Part shown: positions 28,001 to 40,000 of the stretch, one piece after another
Layout of the letters: every line of letters begins with the position of its first letter
Position numbering within the stretch: the first letter of the stretch is position 1
NCBI RefSeq assembly: GCF_006345805.1
Contig: NC_043000.1
Location: 132,742,001 to 132,806,000 of the forward strand
Source of the DNA: Octopus sinensis
Lineage: Eukaryota
DNA length: 64,000 nucleotides
Direction: 5' to 3'
Position numbers and translations under genes: made by a program
The notes under the pieces: generated by a model
What the model saw: only the letters and a program-made list of their open reading frames with translations
Told to the model about the DNA's origin: nothing
Databases searched by the model: none

Positions 28001-31000
28001 AAAACATGTAATATTTAAAGCAATCTAGGTCTAACTTCACATATTGAGCCTGGGGTAATTTTTCTTTAGCTATTTTTGAGGGAAAAAGGTGCATTATATA
28101 TGCCACATATAGTAATTGTTATACACACACATACACATAAATAACACCATTTTAATGTCTACTTGTATGAGTTGGATGACATTCCTTGTCACCAACTCTC
28201 AGCTATTTCCAAGCAAGATATCTTCTAAAGTTCTTCAAATACAAACATAAACTATTATTATTTATACTTAATTTCAGTGTCGCAAAAATAAAAATGTCTT
28301 CTAGCCATTAACCCTTTCGTTACCAACCCAGCTGAAACCGGCTCTGATTCTGAGTACAAATGTCATGTTTTCATAAGTTTTGAGTTAAAATCTTCCACCA
28401 AACCTTAGTCACAGTTTATGTCCCTAACATTAGCCTAATGATAACGAAGTTATTTTACTAAATTCTTTCTTATATTTAAAGTAATTGAAAGAAACACAGA
28501 GCATCTCAACAGAAAAACAGTAACGAAAGGGTTAAGAGTTTCTCTGTCATTTATCATGGCTAAAATTTCTCTTAGTATTTCACTCTCTCTATCTCCTTGC
28601 ATATGTGATAAATCTTCTCATAACTTTCGTCTACCAAATTTTCTTTGGTTTATCAGAGAACTTGTGCTAATGAATGACTGTGCATATTATATAAAATTAA
28701 TTTGTCATAACATGTATTATAAGGAAACCTCTTGTTGCCTTGGTTATGATTCTCTCTGCTTTCCAATCATAATTAAAAAAAATTTAACATTTCTATTTAA
28801 CATATCTACTCATGAATTTTTATTCATTAATGATTATTCATATCATATATATTTAATTTCTGCTTTAACCCTTTTGTTACCATATTTCTGTTGAGATGCT
28901 CTATGTTTCTTCCAATTAATTTTAAATATAACAAAGAATTAGTAAAATAATTTAATTTATCATTAAGCTAGTGTTAGGAACATAAATTGTGACTAAAGTT
29001 TGGTAGAAGATTTTAATTCAGAATTACTGCTCTTCTAGACAGGTCAGATTACCACATCTCACTTATACATTTCATTTTTGGCTTGGTTTCTAGTCAGATT
29101 CCCTTCCTAACATCATACCACTTTACAACATTTACTGGGTACATTTTTTGATACACCACATTGTATGGTGTGCACTTGGTACATTTTATCATAGAACCAA
29201 CGCAAGAAGTTGTCATGTACTCAATGAGGCTAAAGGATCCCCTTAACCCCAGGTCTCCACTCACTCACCAACCACTTGACAGACAAATACCTTTAATGCA
29301 AAGTCTCAAACAGAATCAGCATGACACAGCTCAACAAAACTGCAACTTTGAATTACAGACATAATCCCTAGAAGAGGCTTCTATACAGTTTCTGTCAACT
29401 CAATTGTATTCACAAAGAATGGGTGGACCTGGAACTATAGAAAATTACACCTGCTCCTCAGAGCAAGCTGGTTTGTATAACCTAAACTCACTTTCTTTTT
29501 TTTCATTGTCTGTCTTGTGTCCAGTGAAGGCCCACACTAATCATCATATTGAGTCTTTTTCTTTTCCCAGAGTGTCAGCCATCTGGAATTCCTTTTCTGC
29601 AGTCAAGTTTTAGCAACAATTTCAGTGGGGTATTAACAGTATCTACAGTGATCATTTGCTACTTTGCGGTTCAACTATTGTGGATTCACGACTTCGCGGA
29701 TTTTTAAAATATATATATATATATATATAATTAATAATAAATATTAGGGAATAAATCCAAACTTACAGGGAAAAATCAGATTTAGGATTGAATCGAATTT
29801 TATAGTAAAATATTATATTATATTAAATTAGAGACAAAACCACTATTACGCAAATCATACAATGAAAAACTTAAGCCAATACATAAGATTATTTAATTTA
29901 TATTATTTAAACAATGAACTCATTGTTTAAACCTCGCCAAGATAAATATTTAAACCACCTGATGAATGACTGTAACTCGAAAATTTAAAGAAATTAACAG
30001 CCATGAAACGATCGTAGTGTTATATTAATTATATTTTTTTTATAATTTTGTTATATATTTAAATAATATAAATTAAATAATCTTATGTATTGGCTTAAGT
30101 TTTTCATTGTATGATTTGCCTAACAGTGGTTTTGTCTCTAATTTAATATAATATAGGAAAGCGGACGTATGATGATGATGATGATATATATATATGAACA
30201 CCTAAAATTTTTCATTAAATCCATTAAAATATTAATAATAAATATTATTTCCTAGTGTAGGAACAACAAAACAAGCGTAAAATAGCAAAAAAGCATATAC
30301 AGGGGTATTTTTGAACTTAAGATGGGTTGTGATTGGTGCAATGAAGAGAGACAACGAATCACAGCTTTCTATTTTGTAATCTGGCCTGTGATTGGTGCTT
30401 TGAGTGATGTTCAAATCCGCAGCATCTTCCCTTGTCTCTCTCTCTCTCTCGCAGCCGTTTCGCTTCAAGCTTTCTCGCTGAGTGGTTTACTGTACTTTAT
30501 TTGTATTACTGTACTACTTGTTATTAATAGACTACTGTAATGGATGGGTTTGTTAACAGTACAGAGAGGATTTTTAAAAGTCCAAATACACATTAAATAA
30601 ATACTGTAAATATGGTGTCCCTACTTCATGGAAATTCAGTTATCGCGGCCAGTCTCGGAACCAATCTACCGCGATAAACGAGGGATCACTGTATCTCAAC
30701 AGTCACAGAAGGCTTGCAAAGGTCATTGGCTCAGATCATCGACACTAAACTAATACTTAAAAAGAAGCCCCACATAAACAAAATATTTACATATCTACCA
30801 GATATAGTCACCTATCACCAAACACCCATCAAGTGCCTACATTTACAGACCTATATTACAGAATGAAAAATTATCACTTAGATTAGCCTGGATATGGATT
30901 CCTCAGATTGTCACCTGACTGATTTTATATCATTAAGCAAATTCTTTTATTGAATTGTAGCCATGCTGGGACACTGCCTTGTAATTGATCCTAACCTCAC

Positions 31001-34000
31001 AACTTATTTTAGCCAAGTACTAATTTTATCAATGTGTAATTCAGCAAGTTAACTTTTGACATAATAGACACAACATAATGCACTATTTTAAAATGGGACA
31101 CACACACACACACTAACACAATGCTTCTAAAAATTTATGTTTACAGTGGAAGCAAGGTCTAGAATTGAAGGGACTTAAAGTCAATCTAGCAAAAACCAAA
31201 GTCTTAGTAAGTAGGAAGGCAGACAAATCACAATCCTCTTCAGGTAGGTGACCCTGCTCAATCTGTAGAAAAGGCGTAGGTAGAAACCCCATAAGATGTA
31301 TCCGATGTAAGCTATGGCCACATAAGAGATGCAGCAATATCAAAAAAAGGTTAACTGGAAGATAGTTTTTGTCTGTGGCAGATGCACAGGGACAATAAAC
31401 ACCAAAGATGTACAGAAAACTGATTCCATCACATGTCAAGTGGAAAAACTAGAAGTAGTTGATAGATTCCGTTACCTAGGTGATCAAGTCAGTAGCAGAG
31501 GTGGACGCTCCAAGAGTGTAGCTGCTAGGGTAAGAATAGCCTGGGTAAAGTTCAGAGAGCTCCTATCTTTGCAGGTAAAAAAATGCCTTTTGCTCAGAGT
31601 GAAAGGTAGACTGTATGATGCCTGTGTGCCAACAGACATGCTACACAGCAGTGAAACATAGGCTGTGATTGCTGAGAACATGCGTAGGCTTGAAAGAAAT
31701 GAAACTAGTATGCTCTGCTGGATGTGTAATGTCAGTGTACACACATAACAGAGTGTAAGTACCTTGAGAGAAAAGTTGGACCTAAGAAGCATCAGATGTG
31801 GTGTGCAAGAGAGACAGCTGTGTTGGTATGGTCATGTGATGCATATGGATGAGGACAGCTGTGTGAAGAAATGTCACACCCTAACAGTGGAAGAGATAGC
31901 CCCATGGGATGAGGTGGTGAAGCACAACTTTTGAATGTTAGGCCTCACAGAGGCAATGACAAGTGACTGAGGCCTTTGGAGATATGTTGTGCTTGAGAAG
32001 ACCCAGCAAGCCAAGTGAGATCATAGCCATGGCTGATGCCAGTGTTGTATAACTGCCCCGTTTAAAAGTACCTCTTAGATCATCAGGCAATATGCGATGC
32101 TTGAGAAGACCTGTTGAAATTGTAGTTGTGATCAATGCCAGTGCCACCTGACTGGCATCCATGCCAGTGACATATAAGAAGCATCATTCGAGCGTGGCCA
32201 ATGCCAGTGCTGCCTGACTGACACGTAAAAAGTTCCATTCGAGTGTGCCGGTGGCACATAAAAAGCATCATTTGAGCTTGGTCAACACCAGTACCACCTG
32301 ACTGGCTCCTGTGCAGGTGGCATGTAAAAAGTTACTATTCGAGCGTGACCAATGTCCGTACTGGTGGTATGTAAAAAGCACCATTCAATGGTGCTTTTTA
32401 CATACCAGTGTGGTTGATGCCAGTGGCACCTGACTGGCTCCATTATCCTCAAAATTCAAAGGTTTTCTAAGGCCCAACAAAATAGTGTTATTTACTTTTA
32501 TTACAATAATTACTCTCTTCACAAAGCCCTCAGTATGCAAAGATCCTATGTTTAAAATATATTAAATTAATGCTTTTTTTTAAATTTTTAATCCTTATCA
32601 TTCACAAACAATATCAAGTACATGATAACTAAGCTCCTGTTCAGAATTGCTAAACTTCAGTATCACTTAGCTGCTGTTTATAAATGATACTGAGGCACAG
32701 GAGTGTCTGTGTGGTAAGTAGCTTGCTTACCAACCACATGGTTCAGGGATCATTCCCACTGCATGGCACCTTGGACAAGTGTCTTCTACTATAGCCTCAG
32801 GCTGACCAAAGCCTTGTGAGTGGATTTGGTAGATGGAAACTAAAAGAAGCCCGTCGTATATATGTATATGTGTGTATATGTTTGTGTGTGTGTTTGTCCC
32901 CAACATCGCTTGACAACCGATGGTGGTGTATTTACGTCCCCATAACTTAGCAGTTCGGCAAAAGAGACCGATAGAATAAGTACTAGGCTTGCAAAGAATA
33001 AGTCTTGGGGTCGATTTGCTTGACTAAAGGCGGTGCTCCAGCATGGCCACAGTCAAATGACTGAAACAAGTAAAAGAGTAAGTACACCCTAATTATTTTA
33101 CCCATGCCAAAGCTCTCTTTCTCTAATTAAATCACTATTAAATGGTTATAAACCATCAATATCACCAACTGCTATTATCCTCAAAGATCAAAATAAGAAA
33201 ATATCTAGAAAAATTCACTCAATAAGACACAGACAAAAAATTAGACATATGGAGCAAATAGGAAATTTTGGGGACAGGATGTTCTTTCTAAACAGAAACT
33301 AAACTTCACTTCTTGCACACATGAGAGCTTAGTTCCAGTTATTTACACACAAAGCAGCACTATTTGAAATTTAGTTTTATACAGTTAAGGATATAGCAAC
33401 AATTGTAGATAAATGCAATATAGGATTTTAAAAGTTAACTTAACTGGTTTTAGTGATTAAGTTGAGAATAATAACCTATTTCAAATCTTTACTAATTCAT
33501 TTCAGATATTTACTGTCACAAGAGAACAAATGTTCAAGCAAGAATTTTTTAAATGCAAACCAACTTATTCATTAATCTTTTGGCTGTTTTGACCTTGTCA
33601 TCAGAGAGATATACATCCTCATTCATAAATTTCTCTTCTAAAAACTATATCAAATAAATAATCATATTTTGTTTACTTTTCATAAAATGTGACCTTTCAA
33701 CAATACTGATGTAAAACATGAAAATGAATCTATTGTATAAAAATCAACACAATTGTTTGTTTTCTTCTTTCCTCAAAAAATCAATTTGATTTTGATAATG
33801 ATGTACATACTTAGTTTCACCATGTGTTGTCATAGAAGAAATGTTAAATAGAGATATTTCAAACCCTCTTTCAATATTTTTAGTATGTCTTTTTATATAT
33901 ATAAAAGTCTTCAGATTTGTTTTTTTTTTATTTAATTTTTTTTTCAATTTAAAAATACTTTTTCCTAATTATGCAAGGTACATTATTGAATCATTAAATG

Positions 34001-37000
34001 AAATAATTTAATAAAAGAAGGCATTATTATAAAAATTGTGCAAACACACACACATATATATATACCATCACCATCATTGTTTAAATATTTACTTTTTCAT
34101 GCTTGCATGGCTCAGATCAAATTCAGTGAGGTAGATTTTCTATGGTCAGATGCCCTTCCTGTAACAACCCTCACCTATTTCCTAGTAAGGTAATATTTTT
34201 CAGAAAACACCACTTACATTGCAGTGACACCTACATATAACCAGCATGCAATATCAAGTCAAGGAAACACACACACACACACGAGTTTCTTGCAGTTTCC
34301 ATCTACCATATCCATCCACAAAGCTTTGGTTGGTTCAGGTTACAGTAAAAGACTTCTCCAAAGTGCCACACAGTGAGACTGAACCCAAAACCATGTAATT
34401 GGGAAGCAAGATCCTAAACTACACAACCATGCCCAAGCGTTTTGACATATTAATTGGATAGTCACAGATAGAACACATTATTACCTATAATAGTGGGTTA
34501 CTGAAACAAATTACATTTTAGGAAGCATATATTCTTGCACATTGACACTGTACAGAACAGCAAATTAACATCATTTTGCTGTTCCCATTTCAGCTCCAAA
34601 TTCTATTTCTGAATTATTATGCTATGTTAGTAAGATACTAAAACAACCTTGAATGACATGATCTTCCAGGTACACTTATGAAATATAACAAACAATATAT
34701 TATCACTATCATACAAAAATGTAACATTATTATAGTGACTTAGACTCTTCATTACACATCAGTTTGCTTGGATTATAATATAGCTTTCCTGCATATGGTC
34801 ACAGGAAAATGGGTAAGATTTAAACCTCATACATCATCACCATCGTTTAACGTCCACTTTCCATGCCAGCATGTGTTGGATGTATGACTGAGGGGTGGCG
34901 AACCAGATGGCTGCACCAGGCTTCAATCTTGATCAGGCAGAGTTTCTACAGCTGGATGCCCTTCCTAACGCCAACCACTCTGAGAGTGTAGCGGGTGCTT
35001 TTACGTGCCACTGGCATGGGGCCAGTCAGGTGGCACTGGCAACGACCTCGCTCAAATCTTTTACACATACCAGCAGCATGAACATTTATAATTTTCAGAT
35101 TTTAAAAATGAGGAAAAAAAAATAGTGCATTATACACAAATATATTGTTTCATATTAATAAACCTACTGTTTTACTTGAAAATTGCAGTGTCAGCAAGGA
35201 GAGCATTCATCTTTTCTGATAAAAAAAAAGGCAGCACCCAGTCTATCAATTGATAAATTACAAAAATAATCCTAGTTGTTATCAGTGCACTAGTCTGGAG
35301 TAAGGGCCTGTATCAATATATTCCAAGACTGGTGGGGTCAACATAGTTAATGTTCTACTTGTTGTAAGGCAACAGCTACAGGAAAAACATGTATAGCTTT
35401 GGTGAATCCAGACAGCCAATATTATGGGGAGGAAGGACTGAGCATTGTGGTTAGCGCAGAGCTTACAAAGGGGTGGACACATATGAGAAACAAGCAACTC
35501 AGGAGTGCTTGAGTAAAGGCAGTACAAGACCAGCCATTTTGAAAGAGCATAAGCCACAGTTGTGGTGGTAAGGCAAAAAATGGAGACAGTAAGGTGGTGA
35601 GCTGGCAGAAAGGTTACCACACCGGGTGAAATGCTTAGCAGTATTTCGTCTGCCGTTACATTCTGAGTTCAAATTCTGCCGAGGTTGACTTTACCTTTCA
35701 TCCTTTCGGAGCCGATAAATTAAGTACCAGTTACGCACTGAGGTCAATGTAATCGACTTAATCCATTTGTCTGTCCTCTGTGTGTAGCCCCTTGTGGGCA
35801 GTAAGGAAATAAAATGGAGACAGTACTTATGTGAGCAAAAAGTTGGAGTATGTTGGTGAGTGACTTCATACCAATCAGCCATGTGGCCTTTATTTGGAAA
35901 CAGTCAAGATTGCTTGCATATCAATAGCACCATCTCTGATGTAGGAGCAGTATCCCATTGTGGCTTATCTGACCTTTGAAGAACATTAGTAGCTGTTACA
36001 GCTGAAGTATTTTCTGGCTCTAAAGAGGAAGGCCAATCTTTGTGATGCAGTTTTGGCTATATTGAGGATGTGGACCAGCCAGGAGAAATCCTCCATGATG
36101 GTGAGATCTAGCATACATGTGGCAACCTTGTGCATTCTAGTCGACTTATGGTAATGGAGTTACAATAAGGTCTTCATATTTTCATACACATAGTGTTTGT
36201 ATGTGTATTGTAGGAAACCAAATTGGAATGATCTCCCTGGAGGATACTTTTAAAGTCTCTATTCATGGAATTAATTCAGATTTGGTATGATATTTATTTT
36301 GCATATGATATTTGGGTGTGCAAGGTAAGGAAGGAATGAAGAATGGTATCTGCAAAGGAATGGGTACTGTTGGAGAATGACAGCAAGTTAGGTTTTGATG
36401 TACAAAAGGAAGATTGAACATGGACAAAAGCCAAACTTTAGGAGCACATTAGAGTTGATAGAGTGTGGATCAGTGAGAGCTTTATCACAAGACACTGCAA
36501 TGATGTGATCTGACAGGTTCTTATTTCCATACCATTTCACTGCCATCAGTTCTTCATGACAACCATATTGTATTTCATTTAAATCTTTTATCAATTTTAT
36601 TTACTGTCTTAAGTATGCATGGACATACAGTTTTAGTGGAATTCATGCCAATCTCCTCTTTCCATGAACCCATTACCTAGAAGTGGTCTTTTGGCCTGGC
36701 CTGGTTAAAAAAAAAAAAGACCACCGATCCAACCGTCAAGAGATAGATTGGAGCCCAAAGACAGGCAATTTTGGCAAGGGATTCACAAATCACATAGTCA
36801 AATGCTTTGTGGATGCCAAATGCAACACTGTTTACACTAAATCCCTCCAAGGTCAGGGCCCACACCTGAGCGACAGAGAAATTGGTTTTCAGATTTGACA
36901 TTACTGATCAGTAAAGAGGAGCTTGGAGAAGTTAGTGGTTGTTTCCATCACCTTAGTGAATGAGGTAGGACAGTAGACAATATTGTCAGAGTGGTTACAT

Positions 37001-40000
37001 TTGTTTGGCATGAGAAATACTGGAGAGCATTTCCAAAGATCAAGACATATCCTAGAGAGAAAGACTAAAATGTTGGGAGGGGATAGGGGCTAAAGTAAGG
37101 ATGCAATGCATATTAGTAATAAAAGGGACACTGTTAGGTCTGGTGACCTGTGGGTTTGAAGCAAACCAAGGATGCTTTTGCACTAGGTGCAAATGCATAC
37201 ATGATGCGAAGAGATGGGTTTGGAAATTTACTTAGCAGTGGCCTTCAGATAACCATGCTTCTAGATAACAACTCATTACATACAAGTCATGGTACTTATA
37301 TTTAGGTTATAAACAATTTTGCAAAGTAAGGCAAAATGAATAGTACAATGAAAAGAAGAAGAAAAGCTTAATTCAGATAAATATCTTCAAAGCAACAGCT
37401 GTTTAGTCTCAGATGAGCCATAACTTAGGCATATGATCAAATACATTCTAGTCTTGACCATCCTGACTTTTATTCATATCTACAACTTTATTATCCAATA
37501 TATCCTTCCTTTTCCAAGACAGTAGAATGTGATTTAAGAGATTTTGTTACTATTTCAAATGGATTCAGTAAACACATAAAAGCTCCCACAATGTTTTAAA
37601 CCTTCAACCACAATGACAGCTCATATTTTGTTTCAGTCTTTAAACTGTGGCCAAGCTGGGGCACCACTACCTTAAACAATTTTAGTCAAACAACTCAACC
37701 TCGAAACTTTTTTTTAGTTGACTTTATATTTGTTGCAGATCGTCATCATCATCACCATCATTTAACATCCATTGTCCATGCAGGCATGGATTAGTTGGAT
37801 TAGATGAGCTGGCAAGCTGAGGGGCTGCACCAGACTTGTCTGATTTGGTACAGGTGCCAGTTACGTGACACCAGCATCAGCCACATTGCCTCCATGTGGC
37901 CCAATGCTCAAATGGTGCTTTTTACGTGCCACCAGGCATGGGTGCCAGTTATGTGACACCAATATCAGTCACATTGCCTTCGTGTGGCCTAATGCTCAAA
38001 TGGTGCTTTTTACGTGCCACAGGCATGGGTGCCAATTACACGACACCGGCATCGGCCATATTGCCTCCGTGTATTTAAGATTCATTTTGTTGTATGCAAA
38101 CCAGCAAGAGAACTTCTCCATAGTTTTTCAATCTGCTAGCAGGAAAATCCACTTCAAACTCTTATCTTTAAAACAGAGTCGCAGAGTACATGTAAATTCT
38201 TAGTCTAAGTGCAATGGGCCTATTATAAAGACAGAGCAATAACACTGATCAAAGAATATCTAAAAAATTCTTTTCATATATACCCAGACCAGCATGGAAA
38301 AACAGACTTAAACTAAACCAACAACAACAATAACTGACTTAGATATTAATAGTAGACTATTACACTTTTTGCATACCCAATAACTATATCATTCAATAAT
38401 GTGATTCCAATTACACTTTTTCTACAAATAGAGCAAGGCCATCTTCCTGAGGTCAAGGTCTTACCAAGGTCAAAAAAACTATTTAAAAATATTCTACTTT
38501 AACCCTCTTGTTACCATATTCTTATTGAAATATACTGACTTTGTTTCAATTAATTTTGAAAATAACGAAGAATGTAGTAAAATCATCATCATGATCATCA
38601 TCATTTAGCGTCCGCTTTCCATGCTAGCATGGGTTAGACGGTTCAACTGGGGTCTGTGAAGCTGGAAGGCTTCATCAGGCCCAGCCAGATCTGGCAGTGT
38701 TTCTACGGCTGGATGCCCTTCCTAACGCCAACCACTCCGTGAGTGTAGTGGGTGCTTTTTACGTGCCACCCGCACAGGTGCCAGACAGAGCTGGCAAACG
38801 GCCACGAACGGATGGTGCTTTTACATGTCACCGGCACAGGGGCCAGGCGAGGCTGGCAACGGACACGAACGGATGGTGCTTTTACGTGCCAAGTTGATGC
38901 ATGGAACTTAAATTAACATGAAATTTTGGTGGAAGGTCTTAATTTAGATCCTTTTAATAAGGGAAATTTGTATCAAAGAACCAAGGGCAGTCTTAAGTGG
39001 GTTGGTATCAAAAGGGTTAATATCTGTCTAACATCATTCCCATTCAAAAACTGTTTATTCCATAAGAGTTTTTGAGAAAAGTACAGTATTCTTAAATTTC
39101 ATGTCAAACACCAAATCAGAGTCAAAACTTAAATCTAAATGAGAAAACTGGTACCAGAATATTTCAAAAGTTATAAGAATGCTGTATATTAGAGAAAGAA
39201 AACAAGAGTCTATTTAGCTCTGGAAACTTTCTATGAAGTGCTACCTTCAAATAGCAATGTCAGGCCAAATGTCAATATGAAGATGCAACAAAATCTTTGC
39301 ATTATTCCACAATTTTAGAATATAAGAAACATCTTCACTAGATCAAAGATCCAGGAGATTTGAAATTTTCTTTTTCATCAACTAAGATCAATTCTAAAAT
39401 TGAATACAGAGAAAAAAAGGGAATGCATTCCTTAAATGTGGTGATAATTGCTTAGTAAAAACTTTCATTTTCACTCTCTCTTATAAATCTATGTAAAATT
39501 TGTTGAGTGTAAAAACTTTTATTGAAGTCAGAAGTTCATGTACGCCTTATAGAGTGGGTTATATGAACACTATTTTTAATAGCCAGCAGAAATAAAGAAA
39601 ATACACTTACCCATTCTCAAGATTCTCTTGCTTAAATACAGGAAGAGCCAAAAGAGCTTCACTGAAGAATAAAGGTTAAAAACTATACTTTAGTTTTGAT
39701 TTAGAAAAAAAATGTGACAAGTAGGAGCATTTTAAATAACATTACAGAAATTAGTGACTAAATTAACAATATGGGATTACAGAACAAGGATTTCCAAGAA
39801 AATGAGTAAACTGTACAGAAAGTTTGGATGTAGTTTCAGTTAGAGAAAAACAAATTCTGAAATATATTTGCGAATCAAAGTTTTTTTTTTTTTTTTTCTT
39901 CTTCTATTCAATAGAGGTACTGTAAATGGAAAATAATATTGTAGAATGACATGCAAAACCATTTACTTGAAGTCCTAATACTTTTTGCATTTGAAATCAT

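Larger units (their letters stand above)
29646..30691. mobile_element. Tigger/pogo-like MITE with nested palindromic insert
   Basis: TA|cagtgatc...gatcactg|TA ends with cgcgg subterminal motifs typical of pogo/Tigger. Confidence 0.7.
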
